A DNA stretch of 64,000 bases from the NCBI RefSeq assembly GCF_016432865.1, contig NC_067400.1:613056001-613120000 (forward strand), read 5' to 3'. The notes beneath the pieces are model-generated. The model searched no databases. It had not been told where the DNA came from and was given only the letters and a program-made list of their open reading frames with translations. Shown piece by piece: positions 49,040-60,600 of this stretch. The translations under genes were made by a program, and so were the position numbers. The DNA comes from Antechinus flavipes (taxonomy: Eukaryota). Numbering within the stretch: the stretch's first letter is position 1; each line of letters begins with the position of its first letter.

Positions 49040-51060
49040 AGAATAGCAGATGAGAGCTGGAAGGAACCTTAGGGACCACCCCCTTCCCCCCCCCCCCCAG
49101 TCCTGAAAGGAATCCCCACCACAGCCTACCTGACAAATGGTTATCCAGCCTCTGTCTGAAGACCTCCAAGGTTGCTCCGGGATTCACTACTTCCTCAGGT
49201 AGTCCACTGCCCTTCAGGATAAGTCTGTGTTAGGAAATTGAACCTAAAACTTTCTTTTTAAACTTCCTCTCAATGCTCCAAGTTTTACTCTTTAAGGTCC
49301 AGATAGAACAAGGTTCATTTCTCTGCCCCGTGATAGTCTTTCAGATACTCGTGGCTCCCAAATCACTCAGAGTCTGACCATCCGACTAGTTTGGAATCCA
49401 TTGGATTGTAAAAATCCCCATCTCACTGATCACAACATAGTATTTTCACCTTTTTTGTTGTTGCTTTTTTTTCCTCATTTTTTTCCCTTTTCATCTGATT
49501 TTTCTTGGGCAGTAGGACAAGTGTGGAAATAACGTACAGAAGAATTGCACGTTTAACATATATTGGATTACTTGCCATCTAGGGGAGGAGAGAGAGGGAA
49601 GGGAGGGAGAAAACTTTGGAACACAAGATTTTGCAAGGATGAATGTTGAAAACTATCTTTGCATAGATTTTGAAAATAAAAAGCTGACATTAAAAAATAG
49701 TAATGGGAAAATATTAATGCAGATTAAACTTAAAAAAAAATGAAAATCTCATCTCTCCATGTTCTCCACAAGGCTAGTAGGAGATAGGTTATCAAAAGAT
49801 TTGTTGAAATCTAGGTAAATTGTTCCCGAGTGATTAGGCAAACTGGTTTGTACTGGTTTGCTAATCCTGCCAAAAAAAGAAATGGAGTTGTTTTGACATA
49901 ACCTGGACTTGATGAAGCCAGGCAGCCTCTTTGTAATCACTGTTTTCTTTTCTAGATATTTGCCAACCAACGATCCCTTCCAGGATTTTCCCAGGAAATG
50001 AAGTTAAGCTAACTATAATCGGAAGACTTTTCTCTTTGCTCTTTTGAAAAAAACTGAATCTACTAGTCCTCCTCGCCTGTTTGTTGTATTCTTTCAATAC
50101 CACTGGCAGTGTCCGAGCAATCCCATCTCTCAGTTCTTTTTTTTTTTTTCCTTGCTGAGGCAATTGAGGTTAAGGGACTTGCCCAGGGTCACACAGCCAG
50201 GAAGTGTTCATGTCTGAGGTCAGATTTGAACTCGGGTCCCCCTGACTTCAGGGTTGCTGCTCCATCCACTACACCAATTAGCTACCCCTATCAGTTCTTT
50301 CAAAAGCTGAGAACGTGGTTCATTTGGGCCAGGGCGCTTATAGTGATCAAAATGTAGCACATACTCTGGAGGTATACTCCCAACTCTTCCCCCCACCCTT
50401 GCCCTGAAAGGTTGGGTTCCTAGAGAGAAGATACTATGTTTCCTCTCTGGATTCCAGTGGTAAACAGGCCGGAGCATAGTTTTGATAATATTTCATGAGC
50501 CCCCAGTAGTGTGTTTCTACCATCACTGAGCAGAGTATCTAGAGCAAAGCAAACAGTTAAATAAATGTTTCTTGCCTTGACTGTCTTTCAAAGACTTCTA
50601 TATTGGCCAAAGACTCTTTCCATCTCAGACTCTGTTTATCCACACCTCGTTCATATCTCTTATTGACTCCTTGGAGATGTTCCCATGGTATTTGGGTATC
50701 AGAGTACCATCTTGTGGGCACTTTAACCGGGATGGGTTGACTTGATTGATAAATTCTATTGACCCGCACCCTTGCAAAGGGCAATTAGGTGCACTCTTAC
50801 TATCTCCTTTATTTATCTTGGGCAACTCCCTATGAGTCATTTCTATTCTGCCATTTCCAGAACAAAAGTCATTCTCTTGGACATAGAACAAACACCATGG
50901 GAAAATTAGAATTGAACAGCCCTGTTCTGTCTCTGCGTCAGATATGCCAGGTAGTGATTCTATACTTTCTTTGGATCTCCCTAAATATGACCCCTCCCAA
51001 ACTCTCTCAATATCTTTAGTGTCCTTCGCTTCCATCAGCAGTCTCTGCTCATTCTGAGCT
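49040..51060 (-). mobile_element. Fragmented CR1/L3 LINE, interrupted by an L1 3' piece (~49380-49700) and a SINE
   Basis: Minus ORF 49749-49970 reads ..LPGFIKSRLCQNNSISFF..TIYLDFNKSFD (CR1 RT QHGF..YLDFSKAFD region); L3-like 3' end near 49040-49330. Confidence 0.7.
50137..50288 (-). mobile_element. WSINE1-like SINE
   Basis: Full reverse-complement copy with T-tail; flanking TCAGTTCTTT duplicate. Confidence 0.88.
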
Positions 51061-51449
51061 TTTCCAAATATTGTCTTTGCAAATCTGCGCCACGATCTTC
51101 ATTTTAGCCAGTTACCTGCTCTGGCTTCCATCATTTTGTATTCAGTGGGAGCCACACTGACAGGAGCCCCGCCCTTAGGGCATTTGCAGTTGTGGCCACA
51201 AAATTGTGGGGAAGCTTGGCGAGCTCCAGAAAGAGCCTGATAAATTGAAATGGAAGGCCCCTGCTCATCCTTTCAGAGCGGATGCAGATAGTCTATGTCT
51301 GCTTCTAGTCTGCTAACCATGTAGAGAAGAAATCGACTTTTAATTGGTTGCTGAACCAGAACTGGATGTTCATTCAAATGGTCGAAGGAAGCTTGTCTCC
51401 ATTGGAAGGCTTACAGCAGTCTTTCCCCCTTGCCTGAATGCAGCCTGTT

Positions 51450-51835
51450 GTCATTGTTCAGTCATTTCAATCATGTCTTTTGGTGGCCCCATCTAGGGTA
51501 TTATTTATTTATTTGTTTGTTTTTTGCTGAGGTAATTGGCGTTAAGTGACTTGTCCAGAGTCACACAGCTAGAAAGTGTTAAATGTCTGAGACCAGATTT
51601 GAACTCAGGTCCTCCTGACTTCAGGGCTGGTGCTCTATCCACTGCTTCACCTAGATGCCCCATCTAGAGTATTCTTGACAAAAATGCCAGAGTATTTTGC
51701 CATTTTCTTCTCACTCATTTTGCAGATGAGAAAACTGAGGCAAACGATGTCTTGCTCAGGGTCATACAGCTGGCAAGTGTCTGGAGGCCGAATTTGAATT
51801 CTGCTCTCCAAACTCTAGACTTGACACCCTATCTT
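51450..51835 (-). mobile_element. MAR1-like SINE interrupted by a WSINE1-like SINE (~51500-51660)
   Basis: Host GTTGTTCAGTCATTTCAATCATG..TTTTGCCATTTTCTTC; insert flanked by CCCCATCTAG(G/A)GTATT. Confidence 0.75.
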
Positions 51836-54800
51836 TTGCACCTAGGCCTCTTTAAAAGCTGAAGGAAAACATGAGTATTTCTCAACTAGACGTTTGTCAT
51901 TTCAGGGAGACAAAATCCATACACGTCATATTAGTCTTATTTTATTAGTAGTTGATATTTTTAAAAGATTTATTCCTACATGAAGTGTCAAAACTTCAAC
52001 AATCAACTAGGCAGAGATGAATTCCAAAAGGAATTTGACTTACAAAGTCTAAAACAACATAGAGAGGGAAATTGCTTTTTCTCCATAGAGGAGCGTCAAC
52101 TAGGGTATCCGAAAATGAAAATTCTGGTTCGAGAGAGTCCATTTTCAGGAAGCTGCTACAAAATGGTGGTGGTTTTAGTCGTATGTGTTTCTTCATGACC
52201 CCATTTGGGATTTTCTAGGGAAAGACACTGGCGTGCTTTTGCCCTTTCCTTCTCCAGCTCATTTTACAGATGAGGAACGCGAGGCAAACAGTGAAATGAC
52301 TTGCTGGAATTGTCCAAGGCTGGAATTTAACTCGGGAAGATGAGTCTTCCTGGCTCCAGACCCAGCACTCTATTTATTGTAGCAGCACCAAACATAGGTC
52401 TCAGAAAGCTCACTATGTGTACAAGCTCTGGGGATCTTTATTGCAACTCCCACTGACACTGGCAAGTCAGGTTCCCCCAGAACAAGAAGAGCAACTGTAT
52501 TTCCCTTTCAAGGTTCTCGGAGGTACTCCTAAAGGGTAGTGAGGGTCTCCTGATGCTCTTGGCTCTGTCTTTGTATTCTGGTGTGTTCCCACCAATCTCG
52601 TCAGAGATAAACATCCCAGTTTCATTTAGCCGATGAACAACAACTAGTTGTTTCAAAGGGATATTGTCCAAGAAAATATAGCCGTGATAGAAATATTAAC
52701 ATCCTCCTCCCCACCAATATCTGGGGGACACACTCTCCCCTAAATCACCTCAGACCTGGAAGAGAAAAATGTCCAACCTAACGCCGTCACTCTCAAACAT
52801 TCACCACCATCAACTTCCCAATTCGTCGTTGACAACGGAAGATGAATTTACACCCTCTTGGCTGCCTTTTATTTACAGCCATGCTGGATCTTGAAGGTTG
52901 GTTCAGCTGCCAGCACATTGGCTTTGACTCTCACCGCCGGACTGTAGGAGGCTCACTAGCTCTTCAGATCTTCCTTCCTTCCTTTCCTCCTTTCTCTCTC
53001 CTTCCCTCCCACTTCTTCCCTTCTTTCCCTTATTTTCCCTCCCTCCCTTCCTTTTTCTTTTCCCTTCCTTCCTCCCTTCCTTTTTCCCCTCCTTTTTCTT
53101 TTCCTTTTTTTCTTTCCTTCCTTTTGAGGGGGCTAATTAGGATGACTTGCTCAGGCTCACACAGCTAATAAGTATCTGAGGCGGGATTGTACTCCCGAGT
53201 CCAGTGCACTGCCACCACAGTGCCACCCAGCTGCCCCTCTTCAAACTTGGCTCGCGAGGTCAGGAATCAGTCCAGTCCATTTCTAACACTCCTCCTTCCA
53301 AGGCAGTAAAGACTAGACATAAGCGAGCCTCAAGTACTGCCCAGGCCACTAAGCAGAGCACGGAAGGATCTATAACCCAAGTCACTTCGCCTCAGTTTCC
53401 CTTTCTGTAATATGAGGATAATCAGACTCACTCACCTAACCAAGAAGATAGATGGGAATAAAGGGCTTCGCAAACCACAGAGCTGCCCTGCTGCAGGTGT
53501 TGCTAACTGGTGGGAAGCGCAGGGGCAGCGAGAGATGAAAAGGGATGTTGCTCCCTTCCTCCAAGGCTGGCCCTGCCCAGCAGAAAAAGCCAAGTGCAAA
53601 TGGAGATTGTCATGGAATGAGAAGCAATGTGGTTTGCTAATAAACTGACGTTAGTGAGGCACTTTAAAGTGTGCAAAGTGATTTTTTACATCTATTATCT
53701 CTTGACAATCTCACAACAGGTTTGGAAGCCGAGAGCCCTAGTATTATTTCCATTTCACAGATGAAGAAACTGAGTCTCGGTTTCAAGTCAAGTGACTCAT
53801 CTAGGAAGTGTTACAGGTAGGATTCAAACCTGGTCTCCCTGACCCCAAGGTTCGCCTGCCCTCCGTTCCCATGCACATGGCTCTCGCTTCTCCAAAGCAG
53901 AAATGAGCCAGACCGGACAGCTTCGGAGCCCTGCATTCTAGGTTCAGCTCTTCCCCTAAGCAGCCATCTGGGTGGCTCTGGACAAGCCACAATGTCCCAG
54001 GTCCTCGGTGTCCCCCCTGCCCTTCTTCTCACTTGGAGGAAAGTAGGTGCCGGGTCCGGAGTCAGGAAGCCGTGAGTTCAAATCCAACAACCATGCACAA
54101 GTCATTTGATCTCAGTTTGCCTCAGTTTCCTCATGTGTCAAATGAAGCTAAGAATAGCACTCACCTCCCAGGCTTATTCTGATGCTCAAATGAGACAATG
54201 ATTGTAAAGGGCTTAGCACACAGTAGGTGCTACACAGACATTAGGGATTCTTTATTATTATTCTCTCTGTCTTTCGGGGTCCGTCCATCTGTCCCTTTCC
54301 TCCTTCTTGCTCTTCTCTCTGCATCATTCTGTCTTTGTCTCTCTTGTTTCTTTCCAGCTCTTCTCTTTTAGCTCTTTCCTTTTTTCTCTCTCCCTCAGTT
54401 TCTTCCTTTATATAACGTGTGTGTTAGCACAATTGTTCTAATGTTCTTCAGTTCCAAGTCTCCGCCCTTGATTCCTCATATTCTAAGGAAGGAGGTGGAC
54501 CAGATGGCACCTTCCACATTTGACAGAAGAGGAAACTGAGGCAAATTGAGAACAAGCAGGGTCATACCTGCGAAGCAAGCCCAGAGCCACGTGGCGACCA
54601 CTCCGAGCTCTCACAAGCAGTGGAGGTGCCGAGATCAAAAACCAGATTTGAGCATGGAGCTTCTGCTTGGAGACCTCCGGGGACTGGGAGCTCACTACCT
54701 TCTGAGGCGGCCTCTTCTGCTTTGGAACAGTTCTGATCGTCAGAAAACTTGCCTAAATTGGACTCGGCTGCTGTTTCTCTGGTCCCTGAGCCCCGGGATT

Positions 54801-56159
54801 AAGGGAGAGCTCCACCCAGGAAATTCCAAGCAAAGTCTAAGGAGACACTCGGAGACATTTGACAGAGATATCTCGGAGATGCGGACAGCGGAAGGGACAC
54901 CGATAATTTGGGAGAGATACACTGAGGGCAAACACCGTCAGGGAACGTCAGGGACAGGCGGCTGGCTAGCCTCGCGCTGGGGAGCTCGATACCCGGTTCT
55001 ATTTCCAGGGCGAGATAAGGCTGCGAGGGGACCATCTGTCTCCCTGATCGGCAATCTGAACATAGCCTGGGAAGAAGGGAGTAGCCCTTGGGCGAGAACT
55101 GTGGAAGTTACAGTGAAGGGCCAGCTGAAGGAACATATAAGGACATAAGGAACGCTGGGAATTGTGCAGCCTTGAGTGAGTGTCCTTCAAAAGGAAGTGA
55201 AGGGCTGGAGGAAGGGAGAGAATTTGGAACCGAGAAGTTTTAAAATTGGTGACAAGAACTTTTTAAATTTGCACCATCAGGAGGAAGTGAGGTCCCCATC
55301 ATGGCACCTGGGCAGGCAAAGCTGGATGTCTTTCCGGGTAGGGGATGGGCCACACTGGGAGGAATCGGAATTTCACCCACTCGAGGCTGAAATCTGGGAC
55401 TCTGGGAGGAGGCTGTGGAGGAGGGGTGGACCAGAAGCGTTTACAAGGCTGCAGGGAGGGAAGAGGCTGGGGGAGGAGGGGGGTCAGGAGGGGAGGCTGG
55501 GAAAGGAGGCCAAGGGGCCAAAGGCAAGACTTCTGCTCCTCCCCAGCCTATTGTAAAACGAGGAGCCCTGAGGTCTCTCCCAATCCATTTCTGAAGGGTG
55601 TGTGGTGAGTCAGGCGCTGAGGATCCAGAGAGCAAACGGCCCCCCAGGCTCCTGCCCGTGAGGAGGCTGCAATCCAAGGGGGGGAGCAGCCAGGAGGGGG
55701 CACAGGGACGGCCACAAAGGAAGCAGTGCAGATTAGGAGGCCCAGTGCGGCGCAAAGGTTCAGAAGGGGGGGGGGGGCACAAGATGGCCCAGGGGATAGT
55801 GCACCACCGGGGCCAGAGGACCTGAGCTCCTAGTGTGTGACCCTGGGCAGGTCACTTACCCCCAAGTGCCTCACTAGAAAAAACAAACAAGACTGTGGGA
55901 GATGGCTGACAAACAAAAGCAACTTGGGTCAGGATGGTAGGCAGGACTGCTCCTGGGGTCTGGGGTCTTTCTTCCCCTCATCCAGCGATATCTGATCTCT
56001 TGGACCCCATTGGGGTTTTCTTGGTAGAGATACTGGAGGAGTTTGCCATTTACTTCTCCAGCTCGTTTTACAAGTGTAGAAACTGAAGCAAACTGAGGGT
56101 CACTTAGCAAGTGTCTGAGGCTGGATATGAACTCATGATGAGATATCTTCTTGATTTCC

Positions 56160-57333
56160 AGCCTGATGCTCTCTCCATTTCCCATTTCCGGGCCTGGCAC
56201 TCTCTCCACTTCCTGTCTCCAGGCCTGGCATTCTCTCCACTTCCCATCTCCGGGCCTGGCGCTTTCTCCACTACCCATTTCTGGGCTTGACATTCTCTCT
56301 ATTTCCCAACTCCAAGCCTGGCGCTTTCTCCATTTCCCATTTCCGGGCCTGGCACTCTCTCCACTTCCTGTCTCCGGGCCTGGCACTCTCTCCACTTCCT
56401 GTCTCCGGGCCTAGCACTCTCTCTATTTCCAACTCCAGGCCTGGCGCTCTCTCCACTTCCTGTCTCTGGGCCTGGCGCTCTCTCCACTTCCTGTCTCCGG
56501 CCTGGCACTCTCTCTATTTCCCAACTCCAAGCCTGGGGCTTTCTCCATTTCCATTTCCGGCCTGGCGCTCTCTCCACTTCCTGTCTCCGGGCCTGGCACT
56601 CTCTCCACTTCCTGTCTCCGGGCCTGGCACTCTCTCTATTTCCCAACTCCAGGCCTGGCGCTCTCTCCACTTCCTGTCTCTGGGCCTGGCGCTCTCTCCA
56701 CTTCCTGTCTCCGGGCCTGGCACTCTCTCTATTTCCCAACTCCAAGCCTGGGGCTTTCTCCATTTCCCATTTCCGGGCCTGGCGCTCTCTCCACTTCCTG
56801 TCTCCGGGCCTGGCACTCTCTCTATTTCCCAACTCCAGGCCTGGCGCTCTCTCCACTTCCTGTCTCTGGGCCTGGCGCTCTCTCCACTTCCTGTCTCTGG
56901 GCCTGGCGCTCTCTCCACTTCCTGTCTCTGGGCCTGGCGCTCTCTCCACTTCCTGTCTCTGGGCCTGGCGCTCTCTCCACTTCCTGTCTCTGGGCCTGGC
57001 ACTCTCTCCACTTCCTGTCTCCGGGCCTGGCATTCTCTCTATTTCCCAACTCCAGGCCTGGCGCTCTCTCCATTTCCCATTTCCGGGCCTGGCGCTCTCT
57101 CCACTTCCTGTCTCTGGGCCTGGCGCTCTCTCCACTTCCTGTCTCCGGGCCTGGCATTCTCTCTATTTCCCAACTCCAGGCCTGGCGCTCTCTCCGCTTC
57201 CTGTCTCTGGGCCTGGTGCTCTCTCCACTTCCTGTCTCCGGGCCTGGCATTCTCTCTATTTCCCAACTCCAGGCCTGGCGCTCTCTCCATTTCCCATTTC
57301 CGGGCCTGGCGCTCTCTCCACTTCCTGTCTCCA
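56160..57333. repeat. 31-bp minisatellite, ~38 units, three interspersed variants, upstream of CAPN12
   Basis: Unit GGGCCTGGC(A/G)CTCTCTCCACTTCCTGTCTC(C/T); variants ..CTATTTCCCAACTCCA and ..CCATTTCCCATTTCC. Confidence 0.97.
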
Positions 57334-57696
57334 GGTTCCTGCTCCCCCGAGCTTCCTCCAGAGCTCTCCAGTCTTCGCTGCTCTCCATCTGCCAAAATCC
57401 AAGCTCATTAAGTCCCACTGGCAGGCCACAACTGAGGGCCCGGAAACCCACAGGGTGTATCTTACTTCCCCCCAACAACCATCAATTAATATTAACGAGG
57501 GGTGGAGCCGTGCCTGGAGCATGTCCAGAAGTAGGCCAACTGACCACAGGTCCCTGGGCACCGCCGTCCTTAGTGAGCTTCCCCGAGCTCCTCCCCAGGC
57601 CCCCTAATGGTGTTTGGAGAACCCTGGGAGAGAAGCTCCTCCCTTCTGCCAACCTCCAGCTTTAAAGGGCCTCCCCCAGGCCCCGGAGTATCCCCA

Positions 57697-60600
57697 ATGG
57701 CCATTCAGAGGGTGACCATCCAACTGGTAGAGGATGAAGATGGAGAAACCGTGCAGGGCCCCGTCTGCTTCCGGGGCCAGTGCTACCGCTCCATCCAGGA
57801 GAGCTGCCTGCAGGCGGGGGCCCTTTTCCTGGACCCCTGCTTCCCGGCCGGACCCGCTGCCCTGGGTTACGACCAACTGGGGCCCAACTCCGAGAAGGCC
57901 AAGGGTGTGGAGTGGCTGAGACCCCACGTGAGTCGGGAAGCCCCAACAGTTGGCTGTGCCTGGCCTGGAGGGTAAAGGGGTGGGGGCCCTGGCAGACCGG
58001 ATCCCCGAGGCGCCCGGGGGCTTGGACGGAGCCCTGGGAGTCGGGAAAACTACACGTCCTGGCCCGGAGGGGGGACTCAAGCTGGGGTCTGGTGGGGGCA
58101 GAAGTCGGGCACCGACGTCGAGGCGTTCAAGGACCCGGTCCCGGCCATCCCGGCTCTTCCCCCCTTCTCTGCCCCTTCAGCTTTGCTTGGGGCCCCAGGT
58201 TTCCTGAGGGCAGCGTTGGGAGGCTCTTTCATCCTGGAGAAGGCGGCAGCATCTCTGTCATTAGTTCCAAGAGGAGGCTTCAGGCCTCAGGCTCCTGGCT
58301 AAGGGAGAACTCAGCATCCAGCTGCCAAGGGGAAACACCAGGGGGCGGGATGGCTGTACCTGACTGGGGAGCGGGATGGTTGGGCTGGTTCTGGGGGGCG
58401 GGATGGACGGGCCTGGTTCTGGGGAGCGGGATGGACGAGCCTGGTTCTGGGGAGCGGGATAGTTGGGCCTGGTTCTGGGGAGCGGGATGGTTGGGCCTGG
58501 TTCTGGGGAGCGGGATGGTTGGGCCTGGTTCTGGGGAGCGGGATGGACGAGCCTGGTTCTGGGGAGCGGGATAGTTGGGCCTGGTTCTGGGGAGCGGGAT
58601 GGTTGGGCCTGGTTCTGGGGAGCGGGATGGACGAGCCTGGTTCTGGGGAGCGGGATGGTTGGGCCTGGTTCTGGGGGGCGGGATGGTTGGGCCTGGTTCT
58701 GGGGAGCGGGATGGTTGGGCCTGGTTCTGGGGAGTGGGATGGTTGGGCTTGGTTCTGGGGAGCGGGATAGTTGGGCCTGGTTCTGGGGAGCGGGATGGCC
58801 GGGCCTGGCTCTGGGCTGACAGCCTCCTGCCCCTTAGGAGTTTTGCCAGAATCCCCAGTTCATCTGTGAAGACATGGATCGGACTGATGTGTGCCAGGGC
58901 CGCCTGGGTAAGCCCTCCCACTTGTGCCCCCTAAACCCTTCCTTTCCTCCCATAACCCCCCTCCAGGGACTGCCTGCCTCTGCCAGCCCCCCGATTCCTG
59001 CCGTTGCTCCCCTCCTTGCCAGGTAACTGCTGGTTCCTAGCGGCCGCAGCCTCCCTCACCCTGTACCCGCGCCTCCTCCACCGGGTGGTACCCCCCCAAC
59101 AGAGCTTCCAGTGGGGGTACGCAGGAATTTTTCACTTCCAGGTAAGGGCAAAGGGGAGCTGGGGACAGAGCACCGGCGAACCCCCGAGATGACTCACCCC
59201 GGGTCTAGCTGCCTGCGGGAGCTGCATTCATTCATTTCTTGTTTGTGGAACAAACTCACTGGAGTGTGAGCCCCCCGAGGTGCGCTTGCCCGGTCCGATC
59301 TGGCCCATTTGAATAACGCCAGTCCAAAGGATGAAACAGAATTGCCCTTAAAAGACTCGCCTTCTGGCCTTTTCTGGTCCTAGCTCTGTATGGGCGCAGG
59401 AGAGCCCCTTCCCCACACTCCCCGGCCTCAGTTTCCACATGTGTAAAATGTTGCTCCCGTCAGTCCCCTCTTGGCCAGGATGTCGATGGCTTCTGTGATG
59501 GGTGACTCTGGGGCCGGGCAGGACCACAGGCTGGGCCGGCCGGGGAAGGGCCCGGGCCGGCCGGGGAAGGGCCCGGGATAGCCAGGGAAGGGCCCGGGAT
59601 AGCCAGGGAAGGGCCCGGGCCGGGTGGGCTGCCCGCTCCCCCCCGCTCTCCACAGCTGTGGCAGTTTGGGCGCTGGGTGGACGTGGTGGTGGACGACCGG
59701 CTGCCCGTTCGGGACGGGAAGCTGCTCTTTGTTCGGTCAGCCCAGAGAGCCGAGTTCTGGGCCCCGCTGCTGGAGAAGGCCTACGCCAAGTAAGGAGCCC
59801 CTCGCCCGCCCCCAGAAGCCCCCTGCTGCCTGTCAGGACCTGGCCTGAGCCCCCAAGACTCCTAGGAAGGCTCTCCCATGAGATAACACTCGGAGAGAGC
59901 TTTGGAAACCGGCCGTGTAAATTGGGTGACTTGAGGATTTCAAAAGCCCACTGGCCCCAGCCCGACCCTGGGGACCCTCGCTGATCCTCAGCAATCTCTA
60001 AGCCCCTTCCAGATCTCTCCCCTAGCTTTTGAGGGCCCATAGCCTCTTTCCCAGACCCAGAGACCCCTCCCCTCCGCACGAGCTTTTGTTGATGGTCAGG
60101 AAGCCTCGGCCTGCCCGACCCTGGGGGATCCCTCCCTGAGCACCCAGGCCCAGGCCCCCCTAACTCCCCGTCTCGCTAAAACCCCCCACCGTCGGTCCTC
60201 CTCCGCCCCCCTCCAGGGGCGGGGAGGGGGCTGCCTCGGTCTTCCCGCAGGCTCCACGGCTCCTACGAGGTGATGCGCGGCGGCCACATGAACGAGGCCT
60301 TCGTGGACTTCACGGGCGGGGTCGGGGAGGTCCTGTACCTGCAGCCGGACATGACCGTTGTGTTCCCCGCTCTCCGGCACGCCCTGGCCAAGGAGTCCCT
60401 CGTGGGGGCCACTGCCCTGGTGAGCCTCCGAGCCCCTGCAGGGGCGGCCCCGAGCGGTCCCGCAGCCCCTGCGCCCTTCTCTCCTGCTTCGTGGCGTGGC
60501 CCCTCCGCGTGCTTCCCCCAATCTGCCGGTCCTTCCCCGTGGGCTCGTCCCCATGTTTCACTTCCCACAAATCTCCTCGACTGTATTTCCCCATGGTCCT

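Noticed and set aside
56287-57478. Long ORFs (up to 374 aa) on both strands over the 31-bp array
   Set aside because: They are translations of a stop-poor minisatellite with frame-shifting periodic peptides; no splice or homology support.
58280-58934. Repetitive ORFs ([17 protein letters not shown].., [15 protein letters not shown]..)
   Set aside because: Products of the 28-bp intronic repeat inside CAPN12 intron 1.
56160-59627. Regular repeats as CRISPR-like arrays
   Set aside because: Eukaryotic context, no unique spacers and no cas genes; these are minisatellites.
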